The notes: generated by a model from the letters alone, not told the origin. Positions 1 to 10,492 are shown, counted from the first letter of the stretch. The stretch is 50,983 nucleotides of DNA from Candidatus Latescibacterota bacterium (GCA_018667995.1 JABIQT010000051.1:1-50983), one strand, 5' to 3'. A program made the numbers and translations.

Positions 1-100
1 CCGCATAGTCACAAACTTCAACGCGGATGCGGATAATATATCGACCCAAGAAATCATCGGCAGGCTGGTAGATGAGCTGGCAGCGGCAGAAGGCCCATAG
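1..100 (+). CDS. 3' end of a MoxR-like AAA+ ATPase gene (partial, enters from the left edge)
   Basis: The frame is open from the window edge to TAG at 98-100 (RIVTNFNADADNISTQEIIGRLVDELAAAEGP*). The stop lies 6 nt before the DUF58 start, and MoxR followed by DUF58 is the usual pairing. Only 33 aa are visible, so the call is mostly contextual. Confidence 0.4.
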   Translation, partial: RIVTNFNADADNISTQEIIGRLVDELAAAEGP

Positions 101-106
101 ACCTCC

Positions 107-1009
107 ATGTCAAACCCCGAGTACAGGAAGTTCCTCGACCCGAACACCATTTCCAAACTCTCACGCCTGGACCTGAAGGCGCGTCTCGTAGTAGAAGGCT
201 TTATCGCTGGTCTTCATCGCAGCCCCTATCATGGGTTCAGCGTTGAGTATGCCGAGCACCGGCAGTATATGCCCGGCGACCCGATCAAGCATATCGACTG
301 GAAGGTGTTTGCGAAGTCCGATCGGTTCTATATAAAGGAATACGAGGAAGAGACTAACCTGAAGTCCTACATTTTCCTCGACGTCAGCGCATCCATGGGA
401 TACGCATCAGACGGCATCAGCAAACTGGAGTACGGAAAATACCTCGCGGCGTCACTCTCCTATCTCATGTTGTCTCAGCAGGACTCCGTTGGCTTGGTGC
501 TCTACGATGAAAAAGTACGACAGTACATCCCTCCTCGGGCAGTGGGCAGCCAACTTCACACGATACTACAGCAGCTTCATAGAGCGGGCGCTGAAGCCGG
601 AACAAGCAGTCGCACAACTTTTCACACGCTAGCCGAACGCATCAAGCGCAGAGGATTGATTATCATCATCTCAGATCTTCTCGAGGAGGATCCCGATGAT
701 GTGATTTCAGGAATTCGGCATTTCAGGCACCGAAAGCATGAAGTCATCGTCTTCCGATTGCTGGACAAGGCGGAGAAGGACTTCTCGTTCAGCCGTCCCC
801 TTCGCTTCCGCGATCTGGAAACCGGTGAAGAGGTCTTTACCGATCCAAACCAGATTCGAGATCAATATATAGAACAACTGAAACTACAAAATGAGCGCTA
901 CGAAAAGGTCTGCCGTGAGAGCTATGCCGACTACCTGACACTCGACACGACCACCTCCTTCGATTATGCCCTCATGGCCTTTCTCGGTAAGCGCTCGCGG
1001 TTGGGCTGA
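107..1009 (+). CDS. DUF58 domain protein (vWA-like partner of MoxR ATPases)
   Basis: 300-aa ORF with a typical DUF58 core (HRSPYHGFSVEYAEHRQYMPGDPIKHIDWKVFAKSDRFYIKEYEEE). It sits directly downstream of the ATPase tail. Confidence 0.8.
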   Translation: MSNPEYRKFLDPNTISKLSRLDLKARLVVEGFIAGLHRSPYHGFSVEYAEHRQYMPGDPIKHIDWKVFAKSDRFYIKEYEEETNLKSYIFLDVSASMGYASDGISKLEYGKYLAASLSYLMLSQQDSVGLVLYDEKVRQYIPPRAVGSQLHTILQQLHRAGAEAGTSSRTTFHTLAERIKRRGLIIIISDLLEEDPDDVISGIRHFRHRKHEVIVFRLLDKAEKDFSFSRPLRFRDLETGEEVFTDPNQIRDQYIEQLKLQNERYEKVCRESYADYLTLDTTTSFDYALMAFLGKRSRLG

Positions 1010-1016
1010 CCAGTCA

Positions 1017-3485
1017 TCAACGCAATCTCTGCTGCTCCAGTTTTATCTCGGGGTGCGCAGCAATGTTCAGACGCACATATACCCCCCGGTTAAATCCGCT
1101 GGGTGTCCACCGGACAAACAGTTCCCAGCAATGCAGATTCCTGTGAAAATTGAAACTCTGAGATACTATTTCTCGACGGCGAACGTCGTAATTTATGGAG
1201 TGTTCCACCCTCCATTTCTTGGTAAAACGATTGGAAATACCTACCGCATCTGTGACCCTGTCCAGACTGAACCGATTTGATGCGCTCACAATGTGACTGG
1301 ATGTGAGGAACGACGAACCAGGGCTCGATCGGCTGACGGTATACCGGTGGGTCATCGCTACGGACCAAGGGCCCTTTATCCGATCGAAGTCCTCGTCATA
1401 TCGGTCTCCGTAGCCGGATGAGCTAAACCTGTCAGAAGTGTCTTCCCCGACATACCCAGCACTGCCCGTACCCGCCAGAGAGCCCCCCGATCCCGGCATC
1501 CGGCCCTCGCCACCTTGCCCCCGTAAGTTGATCGTCGTATTGACGCTGGCTCGCTCCAACCACGGAAATCGAAGAACACTGGTCACCGGTTCATAAAAAT
1601 CATGGGTCAACTGTGCATCGAAGTTGATCATGCGAGAGGGAATCCTGAACGATGATGACAGATCTCGCAAAGGCCTGGTTGCGGCCTTGAAATTGTACCC
1701 AGTGCTCAAATTCGAAAACAGAAAATCCGTTTTGCGCTCCTTCTCACCGTTCACTGTCTTAGCTTGAAAGACGTTACGCAGGCTGAATGACAGGGAGCGC
1801 GATACACTTCGCGGGCCTGCCTGCGAAAATGAAATCGACGGCCGCATCACATGGCGCACCGACTGCAACGCGCCGATGTTCGGGTTGAACAGGCCATACA
1901 CCGTCGTATTCGCCTGGAGGCCGACAGTGTAGGCGTTTGAGCGGTCGAAGTCGCTGAACTTTGTCGTCGTATCTGTGCTGGCACCGCCCGTTGACAGGAA
2001 GCTGGTGTCCGCAGCCGCATATCCCCATGTCTCGGAATAGCTCGCCTGGGGCTGGATTTTCAACCAACCACCCAGGTTCTGTTGTGAGGACATGTTGAAT
2101 TGATGAAATAGTGTCTGACGGTCGGTCGCGAGCGTCCTCGATGAATCGTAAGCGGCTAGATTCTGGTCGAGCAATGAAAATGAAGAGGAGGTATTCTGCC
2201 TCTGATCCTGCAAGCGTCCGGAGTAACCGAAGAGTACGGACTGCAGCCAAGAGGGAGCCGCAGGCACAGGTGCGCGACTCATGTCGGGCGCGCCTCCGGA
2301 TGTGCGCCTGCGCTGCGTACGGGCCGCCAGAGGCCTTGTCGGCAACCGAAAACTCAAGGTCGTATTCTGAGACGAAATCGTCTCGCGATCCGTTCGCTGA
2401 AAGGCCAGATCCAGACTTTTCTGGCCCCAGCGCTTTGTTACGGAAAGCTGGGATCTCAATGCCCTCTGCAATCGACCCGGATCTATTCCGCGAGTAGTAG
2501 CATTCACGAATGACAGGCTCTTGGCGATCTCTGTCTGCCCTGATACCTGCAGATCCGGCTGTAGCTGCTGAAAATGATTTGCCCGCAGATCCCAGCCGGT
2601 AGACTTTAGACCGTAGCTGGATCGATAAGAACCACTAACATCCCCCCGCAGACGACGCCCATCGGCATACCGTAGACGTGGTCGTAGCAGCACACCCTCT
2701 GAGCCGGAAAAATCTGCAGTGCCCTTGAAATCCCAGTATTCGCTTGCGGCCCAATAGTACCCCATATTTCTGACGTATGCCCCCTGCGTGGGGCCGCTAC
2801 CATAGGTGGGAACCGTAAATCCCGAATGGCGACCACGCTTGAGGGGCAGCACATAAAATGGGAGGTAGAACACCGGCATCCCATAGACGTAGGCTACCAC
2901 ATTCTTCACCAGTGCCTTGTCGTTAGGTATGATCTTCGTCTTAGCGCTCTTAAGGACATAGTGTTTGTGAAATGGATTGTCGCAGGTGGAATAGGATCCC
3001 AGGTCAATTCGTAGGGTACTTTCACCATCTACACGGATGCTCTCTCCCTCGAAGAATCCCTGATCATATGCTGTGCGTCCTCTGAATATGCGGCCGAGAC
3101 GGGACTGGATGTTGTACTGCATACTTTCCCCCACGAGCGTGCCCTGGGGATCTTCCAGAGTGGGAACCTGGGTCTCATCGGAGTTGGAGTCTGGCAGATC
3201 CTGCGCAAAAAGCATGTCGGTGCTGGTATTGAAAAGTATGCGGCCAGCCTTAAGTGTAACCTCCCCGTAATTGACCACTGCGTTGCCGGACAAGGTTAAT
3301 ACGCTATCCGCTGTATTGTAGAAGACAGAATCGGCAGAATAGCCAATCTGTACGGAATCCGTCTGTGTCGCAAGGGAGGTCGCAGTAGGTCTCACACTCG
3401 TGCTGTCCGTCTGCGCTACGACTACCGTACACAGGACGCCGACCAGTGTGAATGCGGAAAACAGGAGAATGAGTGGTCGAACCAT
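1017..3485 (-). CDS. lptD: LPS-assembly outer-membrane protein LptD (OstA family)
   Basis: Signal peptide MVRPLILLFSAFTLVGVLCTVVVAQ. OstA-like N-terminal segment (LTLSGNAVVNYGEVTLKAGRILFN). LptD barrel signature (GMPVFYLPFYVLPLKRGRHSGFTVPTYGSGPTQGAYVRNMGYYWA). The ORF is open to 3539, and I prefer the internal ATG at 3485 that directly precedes the signal peptide. Confidence 0.75.
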   Translation of the reverse strand: MVRPLILLFSAFTLVGVLCTVVVAQTDSTSVRPTATSLATQTDSVQIGYSADSVFYNTADSVLTLSGNAVVNYGEVTLKAGRILFNTSTDMLFAQDLPDSNSDETQVPTLEDPQGTLVGESMQYNIQSRLGRIFRGRTAYDQGFFEGESIRVDGESTLRIDLGSYSTCDNPFHKHYVLKSAKTKIIPNDKALVKNVVAYVYGMPVFYLPFYVLPLKRGRHSGFTVPTYGSGPTQGAYVRNMGYYWAASEYWDFKGTADFSGSEGVLLRPRLRYADGRRLRGDVSGSYRSSYGLKSTGWDLRANHFQQLQPDLQVSGQTEIAKSLSFVNATTRGIDPGRLQRALRSQLSVTKRWGQKSLDLAFQRTDRETISSQNTTLSFRLPTRPLAARTQRRRTSGGAPDMSRAPVPAAPSWLQSVLFGYSGRLQDQRQNTSSSFSLLDQNLAAYDSSRTLATDRQTLFHQFNMSSQQNLGGWLKIQPQASYSETWGYAAADTSFLSTGGASTDTTTKFSDFDRSNAYTVGLQANTTVYGLFNPNIGALQSVRHVMRPSISFSQAGPRSVSRSLSFSLRNVFQAKTVNGEKERKTDFLFSNLSTGYNFKAATRPLRDLSSSFRIPSRMINFDAQLTHDFYEPVTSVLRFPWLERASVNTTINLRGQGGEGRMPGSGGSLAGTGSAGYVGEDTSDRFSSSGYGDRYDEDFDRIKGPWSVAMTHRYTVSRSSPGSSFLTSSHIVSASNRFSLDRVTDAVGISNRFTKKWRVEHSINYDVRRREIVSQSFNFHRNLHCWELFVRWTPSGFNRGVYVRLNIAAHPEIKLEQQRLR

Positions 3486-3586
3486 ATAGAAACGCGGCAG
3501 GAAGGGAGACAAAACGTTGCAAAGGGGAAAGGCTGACACCGGAGGCTCCCACTGCTGAGGCGAAGCCGCCGAATTTTCTTTATGCT

Positions 3587-4690
3587 TCAGATGATGGCTT
3601 CTTCCGTGTCTTTGGCGAAGAAATGAACCTTGTCCACATTCACGACGAGCGGCATTTCTTCACCCAGGGTCGGCTCTACGTGCGCGTCAACCTTGGCGAT
3701 GAAAGTATGGGTTCCAGTGGTAAGATACAGAAAGGTCTCACTGCCCATGGGTTCTATCACTTCGACGCGCGCCATAATATCGCGGGGGTTCTCCCAGGAT
3801 TTACCGGAATTTATGGACACGATGTCTTCCGGACGAATACCGCAGACGACCTCTTTGTCCTTGTACGGGCTCATAGCTTCGGTCATCTGATCAGGTAGTG
3901 AAATACGGACATGGCCTTCGTCGAAAACCAGAGTATCCTCATCTGACACTATTCTTCCTTCAAGAAAATTCATTCCGGGGCTACCGATAAACCCAGCCAC
4001 AAATCTGTTCGCAGGATTCTCGTACAGATGAATCGGATCGGCTACCTGCTGAATTCTGCCATCCTTCATTACCGCAATTCGGTCGCCCATCGTCATCGCT
4101 TCAACCTGATCATGGGTCACGTAGATCATGGTAGCATCTAGCTTGTTATGGAGCTTACTGATCTCCGTTCTCATTTGAACCCGCAACTTGGCATCCAGAT
4201 TGGACAGCGGCTCATCAAAGAGAAAGACTTTCGGTTTGCGGACGATGGCACGGCCGACGGCCACCCGTTGACGTTCACCGCCGGACAGAGCTTTTGGTTT
4301 ACGGCTAAGCAGATGGCTGATACCCAGGATGTGACCAGCTTCCTGAACACGTTCCTCAATCTCGCTTTTGGGGTACTTGCGCAACTTCAGACCGAAAGCC
4401 ATGTTCTCATAGACTGTCATGTGAGGATAGAGTGCGTAATTCTGGAACACCATGGCTATGTCTCTATCCTTTGGCGGCACGTCATTTACAAGACGGCCAT
4501 CGATGTGGATCTCTCCGCTCGTTACTTCTTCGAGCCCCGCTACCATTCGCAGCGTAGTCGATTTGCCACACCCTGACGGGCCAACAAGCACCACAAATTC
4601 CTGATCCTTGATTTCGAGATTAACGTTCCGCACAGCAGGCACGTTTTTATCGAACACCTTTTCCAGATCTTTAAGGACAACGTCTGCCAT
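3587..4690 (-). CDS. ABC transporter ATP-binding protein, MalK/UgpC/MsmX type (sugar importer ATPase)
   Basis: Walker A GPSGCGKST, signature LSGGERQRV, Walker B VFLFDEPLSNLD, H-loop VTHD, and a MalK-like C-terminal regulatory domain. No permease or binding-protein gene is adjacent. Confidence 0.85.
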   Translation of the reverse strand: MADVVLKDLEKVFDKNVPAVRNVNLEIKDQEFVVLVGPSGCGKSTTLRMVAGLEEVTSGEIHIDGRLVNDVPPKDRDIAMVFQNYALYPHMTVYENMAFGLKLRKYPKSEIEERVQEAGHILGISHLLSRKPKALSGGERQRVAVGRAIVRKPKVFLFDEPLSNLDAKLRVQMRTEISKLHNKLDATMIYVTHDQVEAMTMGDRIAVMKDGRIQQVADPIHLYENPANRFVAGFIGSPGMNFLEGRIVSDEDTLVFDEGHVRISLPDQMTEAMSPYKDKEVVCGIRPEDIVSINSGKSWENPRDIMARVEVIEPMGSETFLYLTTGTHTFIAKVDAHVEPTLGEEMPLVVNVDKVHFFAKDTEEAII

Positions 4691-4772
4691 ATTTCAGTTC
4701 CTTCAAGTTCATCGAGTTGAGCCGACCCGACGAGCGGGACTCGGCCTTGTTGCGAGTCTGGTTGGATCAGGC

Positions 4773-5648
4773 TTAACGATCGGGAAGGTCTAAATCCTTA
4801 GAACCTACCCAGGCGGTGTACCACAGACTTGCCAGGAAAGAACTTCCATGAGCCAGTCGGCGACGGCCAAATTCGAGGGTTTGCGAATCAGGATTCTTCA
4901 GTTGGCCCGCGGCCTCCAAGTTATAAACCCTGTCAATTTCAGCAAACGAAGTCGTAAATGCCTGACGGATAGCGTGGCGAAGATCTTCGTACCGTTCCGG
5001 GGCCGGCACAAAGGGAGCGCTGTCCTGTTGCTCAATGTGATCCCGTACGAATTCACCTTCGAACAAGGAATGAATGCCTTTGGCGGATTTTACAGATCCT
5101 TTCGAGTCCACACGACCGTCATAGTGAATGGTCAGATGGAGCGGCTGGGCTGTGTCCCCCGCATAGTGACCCATTGTGCCTGCGTAAAAGAGCACCTCTT
5201 GCTGTATCGATGTATTCGAAGGGTCTTTGCGATGCTGAGCAAAAGCTCCTCGCAGCTTCTGAAAATCTTCAAGAATTCTATAGGGCAGCATGCCAACGCG
5301 CGCCGGGTCCATAGTCTTATTGATCTTGCGCATCGCTACATACCTGTCTCTTTGAAACTCAAACTCGGACGGCGAGGGTGCCAGGTATTCAACATCCAGA
5401 TAATGGTCAGGACTTTCGGATCTTCGCAGCTCTGTTCCAAATTCCTTCCACATGTCCGGTTGGACGCTCAGTCTTACCAGTGTCGCGGCGTTTCCACGGA
5501 AGAATTCGGGCATTTCCTGCGGCAAGACAGCGGCAGCATTGGCCGCGATAATGCGGTGGCCCTTTTCCCACCACGCATTTGCCACGGTGAATTGGGTCAG
5601 GACCATGAATGCCGTGACCAACCATATGCTCAAGTAGATACGTCTCAT
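4773..5648 (-). CDS. Secreted S1/P1 nuclease-like (zinc-dependent phospholipase C/nuclease fold) protein
   Basis: Signal peptide, then a mature N-terminus of the form W-x-x-x-GH (ANAWWEKGHRIIA). Also has an HxxGDxxQPLH metal-binding motif (HYAGDTAQPLHLT), characteristic of the S1/P1 family. Confidence 0.55.
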   Translation of the reverse strand: MRRIYLSIWLVTAFMVLTQFTVANAWWEKGHRIIAANAAAVLPQEMPEFFRGNAATLVRLSVQPDMWKEFGTELRRSESPDHYLDVEYLAPSPSEFEFQRDRYVAMRKINKTMDPARVGMLPYRILEDFQKLRGAFAQHRKDPSNTSIQQEVLFYAGTMGHYAGDTAQPLHLTIHYDGRVDSKGSVKSAKGIHSLFEGEFVRDHIEQQDSAPFVPAPERYEDLRHAIRQAFTTSFAEIDRVYNLEAAGQLKNPDSQTLEFGRRRLAHGSSFLASLWYTAWVGSKDLDLPDR

Positions 5649-5783
5649 TTTATCCTTCAGATGGGCTGTCTCGGAAGATCAACTATTGTGTGGATCCAAC
5701 TCGGGTTTGTCAATACAAACGTGCTGTATGGGGTCCCGTTCCCGTTTCGGCCAAACCGAGATATGCCCCCATGGTAACGAAAC

Positions 5784-6935
5784 CTATTCTGCACTGTACC
5801 ACAGATGCCCGTCGCGCACCGTATGTCTGCATACCAGCCGTTGGGGATATCGCCGCACATCGCCGTGACTGTCGCAAAACTCGAATGAGCCTGATTGCCT
5901 CTCAAACACGGCCACGTCAGCGACGGAACCCGGCCGCAACGTGCCGAGATCGTCACGTCCTATCACGCGAGCTGGGATAGAAGTGGTGCTGGCGATGACA
6001 TCCGAAATTGGCATTCCCAAGTTGAGCATTTTAGACATAGTGGTTGGAAGATCAAAGACAGGACCATCCACATTGGAGGTGTAAATGTCCGTACTGATCA
6101 CATCGGGAAAGAACCCATGCTCAAACGCTGCTTGGGCCACATCAAACTTAAAGCTACCGGCGCCATGACCGACGTCCATGATAACGCCACGCTTGTGCCC
6201 TTCTATGACATCCGTCCATACGGCGCTGTGGTCATCCAGAATACCATGCGCATAACCGTGGTAGGCATGGGTTATTATGTCACCCGGCCTGAGTAAATCG
6301 AGCACATCAGAAAGCGGACCTGGCGTATTGCCCACATGCACCATTACAGGCACAGCCAATTGCTCGGCAGCCTCCACGGCCAACCTAGTCGGATCCAGCC
6401 CATTGCTTCCGACAAGATGATTCCCCTGCCGCACCTTGATCCCCACCATGAGGTCGCCGTTCTCTGCTACCGAGACTACCGTGCGGTCTATATTAACAAA
6501 TTTCAGGCTTTCCAGCTCTGGCGTACCTGCCGTTGGGATCCCCAGGGAGGATATATTCGAGAATCCCAACACCCGTACATTTGACGGACCTGCTATCTGA
6601 CTGCGAAACGATCCCATGCTGGGCCAACTGGAACTCCCGGCATCGACGATAGTCGTAATGCCGCTTTGGGGACAGATCTCGTCCGGTACGAGGCCGATGT
6701 CTGTGAATCCCCAGCAAATATGTGTATGCATGTCAATCAACCCTGGCGTAACAAGGTGTCCGGTCACGTCGATGACCTCGGCTCCGAGCTCCGATATTCC
6801 AGGTCCGATTGATGCAATTCTGTTTTCACGGATAAGAACATCCGCCACTGCATTGAGGCCCACCGCGGGATCCATCACGTTCCCGCCCTTCAGAATTAAA
6901 GCACCCACAAACTCACTCCCGAACGAGGCACACAA
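5784..6935 (-). CDS. Amidohydrolase-superfamily metallohydrolase (dihydroorotase/deacetylase-like)
   Basis: N-terminal beta-sandwich start (LILKGGNVMDP), HxH metal motif (DMHTHI), later His residues (VMVHVG, ITHAYHG) and a C-terminal Asp (ISTDIY). The start codon is uncertain. Confidence 0.7.
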   Translation of the reverse strand: MCASFGSEFVGALILKGGNVMDPAVGLNAVADVLIRENRIASIGPGISELGAEVIDVTGHLVTPGLIDMHTHICWGFTDIGLVPDEICPQSGITTIVDAGSSSWPSMGSFRSQIAGPSNVRVLGFSNISSLGIPTAGTPELESLKFVNIDRTVVSVAENGDLMVGIKVRQGNHLVGSNGLDPTRLAVEAAEQLAVPVMVHVGNTPGPLSDVLDLLRPGDIITHAYHGYAHGILDDHSAVWTDVIEGHKRGVIMDVGHGAGSFKFDVAQAAFEHGFFPDVISTDIYTSNVDGPVFDLPTTMSKMLNLGMPISDVIASTTSIPARVIGRDDLGTLRPGSVADVAVFERQSGSFEFCDSHGDVRRYPQRLVCRHTVRDGHLWYSAE

Positions 6936-6988
6936 GCATGAGAAGTCGCCTCGAGACGCTCTGTAGCGCGGGCCACCTTGCGCCGAGT

Positions 6989-7858
6989 CTAGTTGCCCTG
7001 GGAAGCGTCTTTGGCTTCTCTTCTCTTAATAGCCGGTAGCCGGCTTTTGATTCTTTGGAAACGCTTGGAATCTTTCTTCAGACTGTCTTTTACTTCTAGA
7101 CGGGAAATTAATCGTCGCGCATTATCAACGCGTTCCTGGGGATTAGGGTGTGTGGAGAACAACGCCTGAAACCCGCTGGGCGGTGCACCGTGTAATGCCA
7201 CCAATTTCTCGAAAAAAGTGGCCATGCCCACGGGATCGATTCCTGCATCGTACATCTCTTGCACGGCAAATGTGTCGGCCTCGCGTTCTGCCTCACGGCC
7301 ATATTTAAGTAGTCCGAGAGTGCCACCAATGCCTGCAAACTGGGCCGCGATCTGCCGCGTCATACCAGGATCGCCTCCGCCTAGCAGCATAGCAGTAATA
7401 AACTGGAGTCCGTACTGTTTGCTGATCTGTTTGGAGCCATGCCGCCCCACGATGTGCCCCACTTCATGTCCCATGACACCCGCGAGCTCTGATTCGTTCT
7501 CAGCATGAGAGATTAACCCCCTGTTGACATAGAGATACCCTCCCGGCACTGCGAATGCGTTCACATCGTCAGTATCCACTACTTTGATCTGATAGGTGAG
7601 ATTCGGTCGCTTGGAGACGGCCGCCAATCGCTGTCCAAGATCGTCGATGTATCGAACCACTTCCGGATCATCATAGAGCTTCAGTTCCTGTTCTATCTCC
7701 TTTGAGAACTGCTGGCCCATTGCCTGTTCCTGACCATCCGAAACAAGATTGAAATTCTGAAGCGTCTTTCCACAGCCACCTTGCGATACCATGACCGCTA
7801 CCAAAAGTATCAGACTACCTTTTCTTCCACTAGCTAACATCATCAGCCTCCATTGCAC
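6989..7858 (-). CDS. M48 family zinc metallopeptidase (BepA/YcaL-like)
   Basis: HExxH motif in MGHEVGHIVGRH, a downstream glutamate (REAEREAD), and an N-terminal signal with a Cys (SQGGC) that may be a weak lipobox. Confidence 0.8.
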   Translation of the reverse strand: MQWRLMMLASGRKGSLILLVAVMVSQGGCGKTLQNFNLVSDGQEQAMGQQFSKEIEQELKLYDDPEVVRYIDDLGQRLAAVSKRPNLTYQIKVVDTDDVNAFAVPGGYLYVNRGLISHAENESELAGVMGHEVGHIVGRHGSKQISKQYGLQFITAMLLGGGDPGMTRQIAAQFAGIGGTLGLLKYGREAEREADTFAVQEMYDAGIDPVGMATFFEKLVALHGAPPSGFQALFSTHPNPQERVDNARRLISRLEVKDSLKKDSKRFQRIKSRLPAIKRREAKDASQGN

Positions 7859-8018
7859 GACTCGACGAACCAGAGACGGTGTATTTTCGTCATCTTCCGT
7901 TTGACCTATGAGCTCTTTTCCTGTTCCAACCGCAAATATACAGCACCCAGCCGACCAGACAAAACAGAATATGCCAGTGATCGTCAGTTGGTGCTCGCGG
8001 ACTTGAAAGACTCTCCTG

Positions 8019-8918
8019 ATGGCCGAACAAGCGCTTTTATACGCCCGTCACTTGGCGACCACTATGCCTTTCGTGCCAGGGAGTGATGGCACGCTACCGA
8101 TATCTGTACTCGGGCACGGATATAGCAACCTGCTTTACACCGTCTGCAACGACGTTGTCGATTTGGTATTTAGAGTCTACCCTCTGGCGCACCAGGACCG
8201 GGTGCTACGGGAGCAAGCTGCACTGTCGCTGTTAGCCTCAGTTGACGCCGTCCCAGAACTCGCGTGGGGAGAACCCAATGCCCGGTTTATTGAGCGGTCC
8301 GTTCTGATTTGCTACAAGGTACCCGACTTCTCCTTTGATGCTGACGAGATACTCCCTGCACACCTGGACTGCCTCGCAGATTTCTCGGCCACCATACACG
8401 GACCAGAAGTCCCTGGCTCCGGACCGATAGCTGAACCAGTGGGTCCAAGCGCTCCCAGAATGTGTCTCGAGTTAATAGACCGCGAACTTTTGAGCCCGAA
8501 AGGATCGCTCGAACGACTGAGCCCTCTCGTTCGCGAAACACTGACCTACCTTCAGGAGTTTCCAAGGTGTCTCAATCTGCTCGATCTAAAACCACATCTC
8601 TGGAAAGAATCGCCGGGACGACTTTACCAGGCGGATGGCCAACTGGCAAATGTGGTCAAGGGATCTCGTGGAATGCGCTACCTGGTCGACTGGGAACATG
8701 CCGGACCGATGGATCCCGCATATGAAATCGCCAGCTTCTTTCAACGCCCTTATTCTCTACAACTGTCACGGAAACAGCGAGATAACTGCATATCAAAAAA
8801 TGCAGATCGACGAGACATATCTGCCGACCGAGACAGAAAAGCCAAGTATCTGACAGTATTACCGGTCCAGTGGATTACCCGGCTAACATCGCTGCTCGCC
8901 GAGGATCTGCGCCGGTAG
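8019..8918 (+). CDS. Aminoglycoside/choline-kinase-like phosphotransferase family protein
   Basis: 299-aa ORF with a kinase-like C-lobe: a Brenner-like segment (YQADGQLANV, His replaced by Gln) and YLVDWEHAGPMDPAYEIASFF. The function is not assignable. Confidence 0.5.
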   Translation: MAEQALLYARHLATTMPFVPGSDGTLPISVLGHGYSNLLYTVCNDVVDLVFRVYPLAHQDRVLREQAALSLLASVDAVPELAWGEPNARFIERSVLICYKVPDFSFDADEILPAHLDCLADFSATIHGPEVPGSGPIAEPVGPSAPRMCLELIDRELLSPKGSLERLSPLVRETLTYLQEFPRCLNLLDLKPHLWKESPGRLYQADGQLANVVKGSRGMRYLVDWEHAGPMDPAYEIASFFQRPYSLQLSRKQRDNCISKNADRRDISADRDRKAKYLTVLPVQWITRLTSLLAEDLRR

Positions 8919-9088
8919 CTGGCTCTCGCACGGGATGCACTGGATCGTAGATAGATTGCTCAACTGATGCCGACCAAGGTACTGATGCCGAGGAAGCACT
9001 GACTTATCTGGCAACTACCGGCAGAGCCGACGGCATATCGCAATAGGGTATGAGAACGGCCGTTCGTGGAGGAACTTCTACAGCGTCT

Positions 9089-10483
9089 CTATAGCTCAGA
9101 ATCGCCGTTCTTGAAAGTCCCGGGGTCGAGACGATGTCTTCGCAGGAGGGCATAGAGGTTGGTGCGGTTTACACCGGCTGTATTCGCCGCATCGGGAACG
9201 CTACCTTCATGAGCTCGAAGCAAGGTGGTGAGGTACTGCCGTTCAAAGGAACGGACTACTTCTTCCTTAGCCTTGCGGAGGGGCTTCAGGTCCACTTCGT
9301 CGAACTCGGTAAACAGATCACCAACTTCAATCTGTGGGCCCTGTGCGATAGCCACGGCGTATTTTATTTTATTGGTCAATTCGCGAACATTCCCCGGCCA
9401 GTGATATGAGATAAGCTGCTGCATCGCTTCGTGGGAAAAGCCAGTAATGGCTCTCTTATCAGCTTCGGCAAAGGTCCCGAGAAAATGCCGCGCGACAACG
9501 GCTATATCATCGGGCCGTTCACGCAAGGGTGGAAGTACGAGAGTAGCCGCACTGATCCGGTAGTATAGATCTTCACGAAACTCGTTGTTTCGAACCGCAT
9601 CGTTCAGATTCTTATTCGTGGCTACGATAAAACGAACATCAACGGAGACACTCTTGGTGCTACCAACAGGCCTGAACGAGCGCTCCTGTAAGACCCGTAG
9701 CAACTTGGCCTGGGTGGTTATCGGCATGTCCCCAATTTCATCAAGAAAGACACTGCCGTGATTGGCCGACGATAGGAGCCCGGTGGAGCTTCCATAGGCG
9801 CCCGTGTAAGCGCCCTTTGCGTGCCCGAACAGCTCGTTCTCTAATAGCGTCTCGGTCAGCGTGGCACAGTCTATAGGCACCATTGGCGCCTCTGCCCGGG
9901 GGCTGCTATAGTGTACTGCCTGCGCGAGCAGCTCTTTACCCGTGCCACTTTCGCCCTGGATGAGGATGGTTACGTCACTGGCAGCTAGCTGGGCAGCATG
10001 TTGGCACAATCGGTCCATGGGACCACTGGCTCGTATGATGCTCTCAAATCGATGCGTGTCTTTGAGGGCGTCCTGAAGGTGCCGCACCTGTCCCTGGAGG
10101 TCAGCAAACTCCAGGGCTTTGGTAATCCGAAACATCAGATCCTGAATTGACATCGGCTTGGTCAGGTAATCAAATGCGCCCTGGCGCATAGCATCCACAG
10201 CGTTCTCAATGGTGCCGTAGGCCGTCATGATGATGATAGGTACACTGGCCTGAACGGTGTGGATCTGCTGCATGAGTTCCACCCCGTCCACATCTGGCAG
10301 TCGAAGATCCGAGAGCACGAGATCGCAGTAATTCGCTTTGACGTGATCCAAAGCCTCCTGGCCGTTTGATGCCCTGAGAACGTCAAAACCCGCGTTCACG
10401 AGATGAATCTCTATGAAGTTCAGAATTTCCGGTTCGTCATCAATAACAAGAATGCGTCGGTTCTCGATTGGAATTACCCCCAC
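9089..10483 (-). CDS. Sigma-54-dependent response regulator (NtrC/Fis family)
   Basis: REC domain (ILVIDDEPEI, SDLRLPDVDG, GAFDYLTKP). AAA+ sigma-54 interaction domain (Walker A GESGTGKE, GAFTGA-type loop GAYTGA). C-terminal Fis-type HTH. Confidence 0.9.
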   Translation of the reverse strand: MGVIPIENRRILVIDDEPEILNFIEIHLVNAGFDVLRASNGQEALDHVKANYCDLVLSDLRLPDVDGVELMQQIHTVQASVPIIIMTAYGTIENAVDAMRQGAFDYLTKPMSIQDLMFRITKALEFADLQGQVRHLQDALKDTHRFESIIRASGPMDRLCQHAAQLAASDVTILIQGESGTGKELLAQAVHYSSPRAEAPMVPIDCATLTETLLENELFGHAKGAYTGAYGSSTGLLSSANHGSVFLDEIGDMPITTQAKLLRVLQERSFRPVGSTKSVSVDVRFIVATNKNLNDAVRNNEFREDLYYRISAATLVLPPLRERPDDIAVVARHFLGTFAEADKRAITGFSHEAMQQLISYHWPGNVRELTNKIKYAVAIAQGPQIEVGDLFTEFDEVDLKPLRKAKEEVVRSFERQYLTTLLRAHEGSVPDAANTAGVNRTNLYALLRRHRLDPGTFKNGDSEL

Positions 10484-10492
10484 AAGCAGTAT

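Noticed and set aside
4848-5777. 309-aa plus-strand ORF
   Set aside because: It is entirely antisense to the S1/P1-like nuclease gene, which has clear catalytic motifs and a signal peptide. The plus-strand translation has low complexity and no recognisable motifs.
8963-8991. 11-nt direct repeat actgatgccga occurring twice 18 nt apart, plus the GAACGGCCGTTC palindrome at about 9053-9064, in the convergent gap between the kinase-like gene and the sigma-54 activator
   Set aside because: The elements are short and isolated. They are consistent with ordinary terminator or spacer sequence, and nothing indicates a repeat family or a CRISPR array.
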